Source: Bacilli bacterium (GTDB lineage Bacteria; Bacillota_I; Bacilli_A; RF39; UBA660). From it: a stretch of 64,000 nt of DNA. This document shows, in pieces, positions 29,777-38,511 of the stretch (its first letter is position 1; each line of letters starts with the position of its first letter). The stretch lies in assembly GCA_017435485.1 (NCBI GenBank), contig JAFSEY010000009.1, positions 1,715-65,714 of the forward strand, written 5' to 3'. A program made the position numbers and the translations under genes. The notes under the pieces are model-generated. The model had not been told where the DNA came from. It worked only from the letters and a program-made list of their open reading frames with translations, and did not search any database.

Positions 29777-29971
29777 TTATCTATATGGAATATATCCACC
29801 ATATGAATTATAATAATATGGATATGGTGCATATCCTGGATTATAGTAAGGCGCTACATTATAAATTGGTCTTGGTCTAGTTAATCCAACTGCTGCTCCA
29901 CCTACTAAAGCACCTGTTAAAAACGGAAAAATTATACGATCTCCATCTTTATAATAAGTATTATAATACAT
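29777..29971 (-). CDS. Small glycine-zipper membrane peptide with a Tyr/Pro/Gly-rich tail
   Basis: It is 64 aa with a GALVGGAAVGL glycine zipper and the tail YNPGYAPYPYYYNSYGGYIPYR. Confidence 0.35.
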   Translation of the reverse strand: MYYNTYYKDGDRIIFPFLTGALVGGAAVGLTRPRPIYNVAPYYNPGYAPYPYYYNSYGGYIPYR

Positions 29972-30194
29972 ACAAAAATCCCCCTTTTTGTTGTATTTTA
30001 TGCATAGCTCTTTTCATATGACTAAGCAAATATACCATACTTATATTTAAAAATAAAATTGCTAAAATTAATGTTTTGTACGACATTTTTTCATTAAATT
30101 TATTTATTGTTATACAATTTTATAAAATTAATATTTTTGAAGATTTAATAAATTAATTTTAAGCATATTTAAAATTTTTATATTGCTTGTTAAA

Positions 30195-30500
30195 GAATTC
30201 ACTTTGTGTTATATTAAATATGTCAAGGAAACTTGAATATAATAAAAAAGGATATATCTAATTTTACAAGGTTAGGTACATTCCTAAATTTTGGTTTGTA
30301 CACTAAAACTCAAGCTTTGAGCGTTAGTGTACTTTTTTATTTAAATAGTATTATAAATACTAAGATAAATAGGAGGATAATTATAATAAATTGAGAAAAT
30401 TCTATTTTTTATCATAAAACATCACCTCCTTTACGTAAATGTAACGGAGTGCACCTAACGCATTAAATATATCCAAAGTCATTAAATATTTTATTAATTA
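30195..30500 (-). repeat. Inverted (reverse-complement) copy of the small-peptide locus found at 45075..45420
   Basis: The reverse complement of 30416-30470 matches 45110-45170. The peptide-ORF region and the hairpin are more than 95% identical, while the antisense-promoter segment is diverged. Confidence 0.8.
30338..30415 (-). pseudogene. Frameshifted copy of the 25-aa hydrophobic peptide gene
   Basis: It differs from the 45176 copy by atgacaaaaagag to atgataaaaaatag, a +1 insertion that gives the non-hydrophobic reading MIKNRIFSIYYNYPP... Confidence 0.4.
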
Positions 30501-30590
30501 TATAGGCAAACCACAAAAAAAAGAAGTTTAGATAATAGTTACGAAGTTAAAAATTTATTGGTGTTAACAAATTTATATCTTATCGAAAAA

Positions 30591-30633
30591 AAGAATTACT
30601 ATCTAAGCAAATATCGCTAAATAGTAATTCTTT
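30591..30633 (-). terminator. tyrS rho-independent terminator
   Basis: A 12-bp stem (aagaattactat/atagtaattctt) overlaps the stop codon and is followed by a U7 run on the minus strand. Confidence 0.55.
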
Positions 30634-31829
30634 TTTCCTTTTTTTATTATTATAACTTTCTCATCAATTGCCATACTTTTTGAGATAACTAAATCAACAT
30701 CAGTTACTTTTTTATTATTTATGCTTATTGCATTTCCTGTTACCATTTCTCTAGCTTCTCTTTTACTAGAACAGATTCCATTATTAACTAATACATCAAT
30801 AATATTTTCTTCATTAGTCAAAGTTACTTGTTTAACATCTTTAAAATTAGCAATAATGTCATTAGCACTTAAGTTAACAATGTCTTCTGTAAATAATGCT
30901 TCACTAATTTTTAAAGCCTTTTCATATTCTTCATGACCATGTAAGAATGTAATTACTTCTTCTGCTAGTTTTTTATGAGCACGACGTTTTTCTGGAGCTA
31001 CATTATGTTCTTTTTCAATTTCTTCAATCTCTTCTTTGCTTAAGAAAGTTAGTTTTTTTAGATAATCAATTACCATACTATCTTCAACATTTATGAAAAA
31101 TTGAAACATTTCATAACTAGAAGTTTTGTTAATATCTAACCAGATGGCATTACCTTCTGTTTTACCAAATTTCGTACCATCAGACTTTGTAATTAATGGC
31201 ATGGTAAATCCATAAGCTTCTTTACCAATTTTTTTTCTGATTAATTCAATACCAGCAGTAATGTTTCCCCATTGATCTTGACCAGCCACTTGCATAGTAC
31301 AATTACGCGTTTCATATAAATGTAAGAAATCTAATGCTTGCATGATCATATAAGAAAATTCAGTATAAGTAATTCCTAATTCTAATCTTCTTCTTACGAT
31401 ATCTTTATTTAACATATAAGAAACATTAAAATATTTACCGTAGTCTCTTAAAAAATCAATAAAATTGATATCTTTACACCAATCATAGTTGTTTACTACT
31501 TCAAATCCAAAAATCTTTTTGGCTTGATTAGTTAAGCATTCAACATTATGAGCAACTGCTTGTTTAGTAATCATGGCTCTTTCTGCAGTTGGCTTTGGAT
31601 CTCCAATTTGTCCAGTAGCTCCTCCTACTAACAATATTGGATTATGACCAGCTTTTTTTAATCTTGTTGCAATTAAGAAAGATGAGAAGTGTCCAATGTG
31701 CATTGAATCTCCAGTTGGATCTGTTCCAATGTAAAATGTCATTCCTCCGTTATTTAATTTTTCAATTAATGCCGGATCAGAAAAATCTTTTATTAACCCT
31801 CTCCATAATAATTCATCATATATTTTCAT
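30603..31829 (-). CDS. tyrS: Tyrosine--tRNA ligase
   Basis: A HIGH-type motif (DPTGDSMHIGH), a KMSKS-type motif (KFGKT) and a C-terminal S4 domain are present. Confidence 0.95.
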   Translation of the reverse strand: MKIYDELLWRGLIKDFSDPALIEKLNNGGMTFYIGTDPTGDSMHIGHFSSFLIATRLKKAGHNPILLVGGATGQIGDPKPTAERAMITKQAVAHNVECLTNQAKKIFGFEVVNNYDWCKDINFIDFLRDYGKYFNVSYMLNKDIVRRRLELGITYTEFSYMIMQALDFLHLYETRNCTMQVAGQDQWGNITAGIELIRKKIGKEAYGFTMPLITKSDGTKFGKTEGNAIWLDINKTSSYEMFQFFINVEDSMVIDYLKKLTFLSKEEIEEIEKEHNVAPEKRRAHKKLAEEVITFLHGHEEYEKALKISEALFTEDIVNLSANDIIANFKDVKQVTLTNEENIIDVLVNNGICSSKREAREMVTGNAISINNKKVTDVDLVISKSMAIDEKVIIIKKGKKNYYLAIFA

Positions 31830-31839
31830 AAATACCCTC

Positions 31840-32469
31840 CTATAATATATCTTTTAATTCATATATATTTTTTATTGTTTTTTCATTTGATTCTTCTTGT
31901 TTTGTTAACCAAATGGCATCCATCCCTAATTTTTTAGGGGTTTCATAATCCAATTTTTTATTATCACCAATCATTAAGCATTCTTCAAATTTAGTACCAT
32001 TAGCAGCCATAAAATAAGCTTCTTTATTCGGTTTGCTATGAAGATCAGCACCATATACTTCTTTAAAATATTTCGCTATTTCATATTTTTCCAATCTTTT
32101 ATATTGTGATTCATAAAAGAAATTAGTTAAAACTACAAGTTCATATTTACTAGCTAAATATTCCAAAGTTTTAATTAGTTTTTCATCTTTACTAACTGGT
32201 ACACAATCCCCAACCCATTCTTTAATTAATAAGAGCATTTCATCGGTAATAGTTATACCTGATAATTCACTAACTAATTTTTTAAAATTTTCATCATTAT
32301 AATTTTGGCTATTATTTTCATATTCATCGATACTATCAGCAATATGAACTAATTGTTGTAAATCTAAACTAATGTTGTGATTTTTAACTAGTTCAACAAA
32401 ATTCATGTAATACTCTTTTGTCCAAGGAATAAGAGTATCATCTAAATCAAATATTATTCTCTTTATCAT
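31840..32469 (-). CDS. HAD-superfamily hydrolase (subfamily IA)
   Basis: The N-terminal motif I (FDLDDTLI) and motif IV (GDN) are present. It is co-transcribed with tyrS across a 10-nt gap. Confidence 0.7.
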   Translation of the reverse strand: MIKRIIFDLDDTLIPWTKEYYMNFVELVKNHNISLDLQQLVHIADSIDEYENNSQNYNDENFKKLVSELSGITITDEMLLLIKEWVGDCVPVSKDEKLIKTLEYLASKYELVVLTNFFYESQYKRLEKYEIAKYFKEVYGADLHSKPNKEAYFMAANGTKFEECLMIGDNKKLDYETPKKLGMDAIWLTKQEESNEKTIKNIYELKDIL

Positions 32470-32652
32470 TGTGCCTCCTAAAATAAAAAATTCATAAACA
32501 AAGGACGAGCTTATACCCGCGGTACCACCTTTATTTATGAATTATCATACACTTTATGTTATAACGTTACAAACGTTTTGACTCCAGAGTCGTAAATTCC
32601 TTCATTGTCAAATGTAGCTTAATTATACTATTAAAACTTATTTAATTCAAGC
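32470..32652 (-). promoter_or_regulatory. T-box riboswitch leader for the HAD-tyrS operon
   Basis: The minus-strand RNA contains AAAGGUGGUACCGCGGG (plus-strand 32516-32532, cccgcggtaccaccttt), which is the conserved T-box sequence. A downstream terminator/antiterminator (CAUAAAUAAAGG...CCUUUGUUUAUG plus a U-run) and a candidate UAC specifier follow. Confidence 0.65.
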
Positions 32653-33060
32653 TTATTTTTCTTCTATTTTAGCGGCAGCTTCTTTTAATAATTTAGCGGC
32701 TTGTTTTTTTACAGACTTAGCAGCATCTTCAACTATTGGAGTTGCTTTTTCTTTTGCTAATTCAGCTAACTCTTCCGCTTTTTTACTAATTTCTTTTGCT
32801 TTTTTCTTAACAACTGCAACTACTTTTTCTTTATCTAAATCTGCTAACTCATTTTGAAGTTCTTTTACTTTTAACTCAATATTTTCTTTTACTTCTTCAA
32901 TATCGATATCTTTAGCTTTATTTAAAAGTTCATCTAATTTGGCTTTTAACTCTTTTCTAGTTTGTTCTCCTTTTTTAGGAGCAAAAAGCATTCCTAAGCC
33001 TACACCTAAACCAGCTCCTACTAAAAATTTTCCAATTCCACCTTTTTTACTCATCTTCAT
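32653..33060 (-). CDS. YtxH-like protein with an N-terminal transmembrane segment and coiled coil (real start MKMSKKGG at 33060, preceded by GGAGG)
   Basis: The track ORF extends upstream without an RBS, whereas the internal ATG at 33060 has a GGAGGAAT Shine-Dalgarno sequence. It has GAGLGVGLGMLFAPKKGEQTRKELK followed by a Lys/Glu-rich coiled coil. Confidence 0.55.
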   Translation of the reverse strand: MKMSKKGGIGKFLVGAGLGVGLGMLFAPKKGEQTRKELKAKLDELLNKAKDIDIEEVKENIELKVKELQNELADLDKEKVVAVVKKKAKEISKKAEELAELAKEKATPIVEDAAKSVKKQAAKLLKEAAAKIEEK

Positions 33061-33346
33061 ATTCCTCCTCGTTTTGATTTTTCTTTTTTTTGAATAATCT
33101 TTTGGCAAAAAAGTCGCTAATAAAACTGACAAATTTGTCAGATAAAGATGCAATTTTGTCTGTAGTAAAGTCAATAAGGGAAAAAAAACCATTAAAAGAT
33201 TCTACTTTTTCTGTTACATCATCAACTACTTTTTCTACCTTATCTATAGTATTAATCGCTTTTATACCAATTATTATACCAACTATTAAAATTACTATTA
33301 AAAGTATATAAATGATTATCGGTAAAAATGACAACCAAAATTCCAT
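33047..33346 (-). CDS. DUF948-like small membrane protein (YtxG-like)
   Basis: It is 99 aa with an N-terminal transmembrane segment and a coiled coil. Its pairing with a YtxH-like gene is typical of Firmicutes. Confidence 0.5.
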   Translation of the reverse strand: MEFWLSFLPIIIYILLIVILIVGIIIGIKAINTIDKVEKVVDDVTEKVESFNGFFSLIDFTTDKIASLSDKFVSFISDFFAKRLFKKKKNQNEEEYEDE

Positions 33347-34191
33347 TAATCATCAACCTCCTTTTTATCATCATACATAGAATCAATTAATTCAAATAAA
33401 TCTTGTTCTAAAGTATCATCATCACTAGGTTCTTTTATTTTATCATCTAGAATTAAATCATCTTCTTCGTCAATTTTGTCTAATTCATCTTCTATTTCCT
33501 TAATATTATTTTCTAATTCTAAGTCTTCATCTACTATAATAGTTTCTTCGGCACTATCTTCTAATAGCTCATCTAGAGTTTTCGCTTTTATTTCAGGTAT
33601 TTCTAATTCATAAGGCTTTTTTAATTCAATTTCTTCAGGTTCTTCAATTGTATCTTTAATATCATCTTCTAAAGACCCAAATGCTTTTTTTCTTACAACA
33701 TCAACATCTAGACGACTTTGTCTTTTTATAGCATCCTCTTTTACTTTTGGCATTATGTCATCTGGATGATAATCTTTATCTAAGATACCATAAACTGGAG
33801 ATATTATTGGAGATGGCTTAAACTTTCTCTTTTCATTATTTCTAATATCTCGCTCTCTTTCAAATAAACGATAATCATGTTTAACTGGTTCTACTTTTTT
33901 CTTTCTTTCTTCTGGATATTCCCTAACCACTTTTGGCTTTGGTTTTGGTAAAGTATTTTCGAATTCATCCTCGTCGAAAGCAGGAAAATTAAAAGTATTT
34001 TCTGATTTAAATAATTCTCTTTCACTTAAATCCTCATGAATCGTAATTGTTTTTTTAGCTTGTTCTAGTTTTTCTTCGGCCTCAATTACAGCTGTTGGAG
34101 TAGCTATTTTTTCTTCTTTTACTGGAGTTACTGGAACTTCTATCTCTTCTTCCTCAAAAAGAATATTTTTAATTTTACTAATAAAACCCAT
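33346..34191 (-). CDS. Highly acidic hypothetical protein
   Basis: It is 281 aa, rich in Glu/Asp/Lys, with no motif recognised. Confidence 0.35.
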   Translation of the reverse strand: MGFISKIKNILFEEEEIEVPVTPVKEEKIATPTAVIEAEEKLEQAKKTITIHEDLSERELFKSENTFNFPAFDEDEFENTLPKPKPKVVREYPEERKKKVEPVKHDYRLFERERDIRNNEKRKFKPSPIISPVYGILDKDYHPDDIMPKVKEDAIKRQSRLDVDVVRKKAFGSLEDDIKDTIEEPEEIELKKPYELEIPEIKAKTLDELLEDSAEETIIVDEDLELENNIKEIEDELDKIDEEDDLILDDKIKEPSDDDTLEQDLFELIDSMYDDKKEVDD

Positions 34192-34205
34192 AATAGTGCA
34201 CCTTC

Positions 34206-34853
34206 CTAGTTTATTAAGTCTGTATCAGGTATATAATTATCTTCTACATCATTATCCATCAAATCTTCATCATATTTTAAAACATTACCATCATTAGATA
34301 TTGTCGAAAATATATCGTATCCTTCTTCTTTAAAATTCATAACATCTTCATCCATTAAACTAGCTATGACATTTTCATTATACGCAATAGAAGATAAAAT
34401 TGTTATTGCATAACTTATACTTTCATTTATATCGTCTTTATCTACTATCACTTCTATTTTAGCATAATTATACATAATTTCAATTAAATATTTGTTGTTT
34501 TCATAATTATTTATTTCTAAATAGCCCTTTTTTCCTGTATTTTCATAAATTTGAGAATATTCTGCTTCATTATTTTTTTTATAATTAAATACCCCTTTAT
34601 TGTAATAACTAATCCTATCAACATATAAATACATATAATATTTATTATTAGTTATAATATCATTTACGTCATTATTATTTAATAATTTTAATCCCTTAGG
34701 TAAATAATAGTTATATCCTTTACGATATACATTAACATATTTGTAATTATGATTTAAAGTATTAGCAATAATATTATCATAATCTTGATCTTTTATATTA
34801 GTACAACCGGTCATAAAAAATAAAGCAATTAACAATATAACTATTTTTTTCAT
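34206..34853 (-). CDS. Lipoprotein of unknown function
   Basis: A lipobox (LFFMTGC) follows the signal peptide, and the protein is Asn/Tyr-rich. Confidence 0.45.
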   Translation of the reverse strand: MKKIVILLIALFFMTGCTNIKDQDYDNIIANTLNHNYKYVNVYRKGYNYYLPKGLKLLNNNDVNDIITNNKYYMYLYVDRISYYNKGVFNYKKNNEAEYSQIYENTGKKGYLEINNYENNKYLIEIMYNYAKIEVIVDKDDINESISYAITILSSIAYNENVIASLMDEDVMNFKEEGYDIFSTISNDGNVLKYDEDLMDNDVEDNYIPDTDLIN

Positions 34854-34912
34854 ACTGCCTCCTATGTTTATATCATTATAACAAAAATATCTTTAATATT
34901 TCAACTTCAAGA

Positions 34913-35539
34913 TTATTTCTTATAAGCATTTAAATAATTAATTTTAAAGCCTTTTTGACTAAATTTATCTTCATATTCTGTTTTTATATTTGGTATATCA
35001 CTATTATGCAAATCTAATGAAACATCTTTAAATATATATCCGTAATTAGATAAATAAACTAAACTATCAGCAAATAACGCTATATTATCAGTTTTTTGAA
35101 TAATATGTTTTTCGTTTTCAAATATTAAATCATAAACTTTTAAAAATTCTTCATGAGTAAGCCTTCTTTTATGATGACGTTTTTTTGGCCATGGATCAGA
35201 AAAATTTAAATAAATAGTATCTATTTCATGATCAAAAATATCGGCTAATTTCAAAGCATCAAAACTAATTAAATATAAATTTGGTAATCTATTGGGCATT
35301 TTAGCTATTGCTTTAGCAATAACACTATCAAATTTTTCTAAACCAATAAAATTAATCTGAGGATTATTTAAAGCCATTTCATAAATAAATTTTCCTTTTC
35401 CCATCCCAATTTCCAAATGAAGTGGATTATTATTACCAAATAATTCTTTAAACTTTCCTTTATATTGGCAAGGTTCTTTTAATAAAAAATCACAATTATT
35501 AACAATCTCATTTTTATTTTTAATATTTCTAATACGCAT
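34913..35539 (-). CDS. trmB: tRNA (guanine46-N7)-methyltransferase
   Basis: The SAM-binding motif LEIGMGKGKFI and the TrmB-specific FSDPWPKKRHHKRRL are present. Confidence 0.9.
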   Translation of the reverse strand: MRIRNIKNKNEIVNNCDFLLKEPCQYKGKFKELFGNNNPLHLEIGMGKGKFIYEMALNNPQINFIGLEKFDSVIAKAIAKMPNRLPNLYLISFDALKLADIFDHEIDTIYLNFSDPWPKKRHHKRRLTHEEFLKVYDLIFENEKHIIQKTDNIALFADSLVYLSNYGYIFKDVSLDLHNSDIPNIKTEYEDKFSQKGFKINYLNAYKK

Positions 35540-35594
35540 TTATATCACTACTTTCTTTTTATTTACATATAATAGGAAGTAAGGAGGAATACCC

Positions 35595-35921
35595 ATGAAA
35601 AAAGATCGAAATACATTTTTTCAAGAAGCTCAAATGAGTTCTGCTAGTTATTTTCCCAATCCTAATATGAATATGAACATGATGAGTGCCAATAGTCCAA
35701 CGGTAGCAAGTCAAGCTAGTCAAAGCTTTTATTCAGGACCAGGAGCATATCCTAATAATATGATGCCTAGCGGAACTTATGCTGTTAATGATTTAGAAAG
35801 TCGCTTAGCTAAAATGGAACGGCAAATTAATCGTTTAGAAACCAGAGTTAGTAAATTAGAAAATCAACCAACCTATCAAGTAGATGACTATGATAATCAA
35901 ACCAATATGTATATGGTATAA
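35595..35921 (+). CDS. Hypothetical protein with an Asn/Met-rich N-terminus and a C-terminal coiled coil
   Basis: This is a 108-aa ORF with a GGAGG RBS. It is one of the few plus-strand genes. Confidence 0.35.
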   Translation: MKKDRNTFFQEAQMSSASYFPNPNMNMNMMSANSPTVASQASQSFYSGPGAYPNNMMPSGTYAVNDLESRLAKMERQINRLETRVSKLENQPTYQVDDYDNQTNMYMV

Positions 35922-35942
35922 CTTACTTAAAAAGTAAGTTTT
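35919..35942. terminator. Bidirectional terminator hairpin (aacttactt-aaaa-agtaagtt)
   Basis: This perfect 9-bp palindrome lies between convergent genes. Confidence 0.45.
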
Positions 35943-35943
35943 T

Positions 35944-36114
35944 TTATGAATAAACAATCATTGCACTAAAACAATATAATTGCTCTTCTCCACAAGTACT
36001 TATAGCAACATTGTATTTTATATCAATAATGTCAGCCTCAATGGTACTTAAAAAAGCATTAATAGCATTCTCTAAATCTTTTTCATGACTCTCATCAAAT
36101 ATTTTAACTTTCAT
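35944..36114 (-). CDS. Sporulation protein Cse60 (YteV)-like, 56 aa (not in the ORF track)
   Basis: The minus-strand translation is MKVKIFDESHEKDLENAINAFLSTIEADIIDIKYNVAISTCGEEQLYCFSAMIVYS. It matches the Cse60 pattern (VKIFDEEHE.DLE...F...IIDI.Y......GEQ.Y.FSA.I.Y). Confidence 0.5.
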   Translation of the reverse strand: MKVKIFDESHEKDLENAINAFLSTIEADIIDIKYNVAISTCGEEQLYCFSAMIVYS

Positions 36115-36214
36115 CTTATCACCTTTATAATATTAACACTTTAAAAGGTCGTAATTTGACAAATTAATGATACTATTATATAATAAATCGCACTAAAAAA
36201 AAAGAGGGGTTATT

Positions 36215-37034
36215 ATGTCAATACCATTAAATTATGTAAAAAAGAACGCTCATAGATATAAACGAACAAATAATAGTATTTTATATAAAAAAGATGATCA
36301 ACTTTATAAAGTTTTTAAGAAAATTGATTTTAAAGATGTGACATCTAAGCAAATTGAATATAATAATATGCTTAGAAATGAAGTCAGTTCTACAATTGTC
36401 TTACCTACTGATATAATTAGAGAAACTGATGATTATTATGACTATAGCGTTTTAGGTTATGAACAACCATATATTCTATCTTATACTTTTCAAGCTTGCT
36501 TAAAGAAAAATATTCCATTAGATAAAAGAAAACTTATTGTTAATAGTTTATTTAAAAGCTTAGAAGAAATAAATAAATAAATACTTAGTAGTTGGCGATA
36601 TTAATCTAGAAAACCTACTTTTCCCAAAAGAAAAAACTGATAATAATGGGTATATGATCGATTTAGATTTTGCTAAAAGATTAAATAGTAACATCTTAAT
36701 GCGCAGTAATTATAATATACGTGGAAAGCATAGTCTTATTGCTAATTATGACACAAATACTGATATAATTAAAATGTTTATATCTACTCTATCTTTTCTT
36801 TATAAATATAATTTTGAAGAACTTGTGTCAGAACCTCAATTTCCTACATTAGATATTATTTTAGATATGTTACAAAAGTTAGAAAATAATGGTATTTTAA
36901 TGAGTTATTGTAAATATTTAAAAGATTATTATGATAAAGGTTTGTTAATTGACCAATATTTAGAAATTCCATCAAACTATAATATAGAAAAAGAAATTAA
37001 TCACGGTATTAGTAGATTAAGAAATTTTAAATAA
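36215..37034 (+). pseudogene. Protein-kinase-like (PKL) fold gene, paralog of 37050..37823, split into two ORFs by a frameshift at an (AAAT)4 tract; phase-variation candidate
   Basis: ORF1 ends ...IVNSLFKSLEEINK and the downstream +1 frame continues YLVVGDINLENLLFPKEK...MIDLDFA, matching the paralog LQEAHQFLIVGDVAARNCMIPKD...YLIDFDFA. Removing one AAAT unit restores a single ORF. Confidence 0.5.
36567..36582 (+). repeat. (AAAT)4 tetranucleotide repeat at the frameshift site
   Basis: The sequence gaa gaa AAATAAATAAATAAAT ac was read directly from the window. Confidence 0.9.
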
Positions 37035-37049
37035 AAATGGAGCATAACC

Positions 37050-37823
37050 ATGAAACTAGAAGGTCATCAAGCTAATTTTTATACGAGCACTTTTTCAGCT
37101 GATTTATATCGCAAACAAGAATATATTTATAAAATCATTAAAAAAACATTTATTGGTTCAAATCATGTTTTAAAACAGATTAAATATAATTATGCAATAT
37201 CTAAAGAAACTAGTGAAAGCCTAGTTTTACCAAATAAACTTTTAGCAGATAATATTTATAGAATGAATTTTATTGAAGGATACAATATTGATACTTGCTT
37301 TAAAAATAAAAGTATTTCTTTAGAGAAAAGGATTGCAATAGTAAACAGTTTATTTAGAACTTTACAAGAAGCTCATCAATTTTTAATAGTCGGAGATGTT
37401 GCTGCAAGAAATTGTATGATTCCTAAAGATATTCATGACAAAAATATTTATTTGATTGATTTTGATTTTGCAGCACCAATAAAAGCTAGTTATGAAGCGA
37501 TATCATCATATGATATTGTTTCTGAAAGAGGAATAATTATTTCAAGTAATTGTAATAGCGATATTGTCAAACTATTTATTGTTAGTCTAAATCTTTTATA
37601 TCAATATGATTTTGAAAAGAAATTTATAAGGCATCCAAAGTTAAAACTGGTTAGAGAATTTTTAAGAGAAAATGTTCAAAATAATGGATATCTTTTAGAA
37701 TATTTTAACTATATAAGTGATGGGATTGAAAATAATCATCCATTTGAATATTTACACCTTCCTGATTCTAGGGCATTTAGAAATGAAATTGAAAAAGGAA
37801 TGAAAAAAATTCGTAATTTATAA
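37050..37823 (+). CDS. Protein-kinase-like fold protein (APH/CotS/Kdo-kinase-like catalytic loop), intact paralog
   Basis: It has a catalytic-loop-like LIVGDVAARNCMI and a DFG-like YLIDFDFA. It is 257 aa and lies directly downstream of the disrupted paralog. Confidence 0.5.
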   Translation: MKLEGHQANFYTSTFSADLYRKQEYIYKIIKKTFIGSNHVLKQIKYNYAISKETSESLVLPNKLLADNIYRMNFIEGYNIDTCFKNKSISLEKRIAIVNSLFRTLQEAHQFLIVGDVAARNCMIPKDIHDKNIYLIDFDFAAPIKASYEAISSYDIVSERGIIISSNCNSDIVKLFIVSLNLLYQYDFEKKFIRHPKLKLVREFLRENVQNNGYLLEYFNYISDGIENNHPFEYLHLPDSRAFRNEIEKGMKKIRNL

Positions 37824-37839
37824 AAATATCTAAATTTAA

Positions 37840-38448
37840 TTAGATATTTTTTAATGATGCTAAAATAAGTTCTGATGATGTTTGAATGAAACTGTTGATA
37901 TTATCTATATTAAAAACAAAGGTTTTGGGTCTATTAATATTTTCATTTATAAGCTTAATTTGTTCTAAAAGTAATGAAATCTTCTCTAAAGGTATTTCAC
38001 TAATTATATTAGATACCTCAATATTATTTAGTTCATTTAAATCTAAATTATATTGGGCTACTAACTTTTCGTTTAAGTTAGTATAATCATTATAAATATA
38101 TAACCTAGCCATTTCACCATTTAGTTTTACAATAGTACCATCTAATTTTTTTATTTTATCATTATTAACAATTTCAGTTATAAAATACTTAAACCATAAA
38201 TAATCGGTATAAAGATGGATATAATATCCTAATACAAAATCATCATCTAAATAATTCTTATATTTAGCTAAGAATTTATTTAAATCTACTTTATTATTAT
38301 CATCTAAAAAATGTGAATACTTTTTTGTTTCACCTACTAATTTAGAAAGATCAGGTGCTATGCTGCCTAACAACAATTTTGATTCATCTTTTTTTAAATT
38401 TTTATTCATTTCTTTGGCCACGGCCATGTGAATTATGGATGATGCCAT
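37840..38448 (-). CDS. Hypothetical protein
   Basis: This is a 202-aa ORF. The N-terminal SIIHMAVAKEM...GSIAPD could be a metal-binding site, but no family is assigned. Confidence 0.3.
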   Translation of the reverse strand: MASSIIHMAVAKEMNKNLKKDESKLLLGSIAPDLSKLVGETKKYSHFLDDNNKVDLNKFLAKYKNYLDDDFVLGYYIHLYTDYLWFKYFITEIVNNDKIKKLDGTIVKLNGEMARLYIYNDYTNLNEKLVAQYNLDLNELNNIEVSNIISEIPLEKISLLLEQIKLINENINRPKTFVFNIDNINSFIQTSSELILASLKNI

Positions 38449-38511
38449 CTTATTACCTTCTTTTTATTTTAGTATACCATTAAAGAAAAAAAATAACACC
38501 TTTATGAGATG

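Noticed and set aside
32653-33192. The 179-aa ORF as drawn in the track
   Set aside because: The N-terminal 44 codons overlap the upstream DUF948-like gene and lack an RBS. The internal ATG at 33060 has a GGAGG Shine-Dalgarno sequence and begins the recognisable YtxH-like protein.
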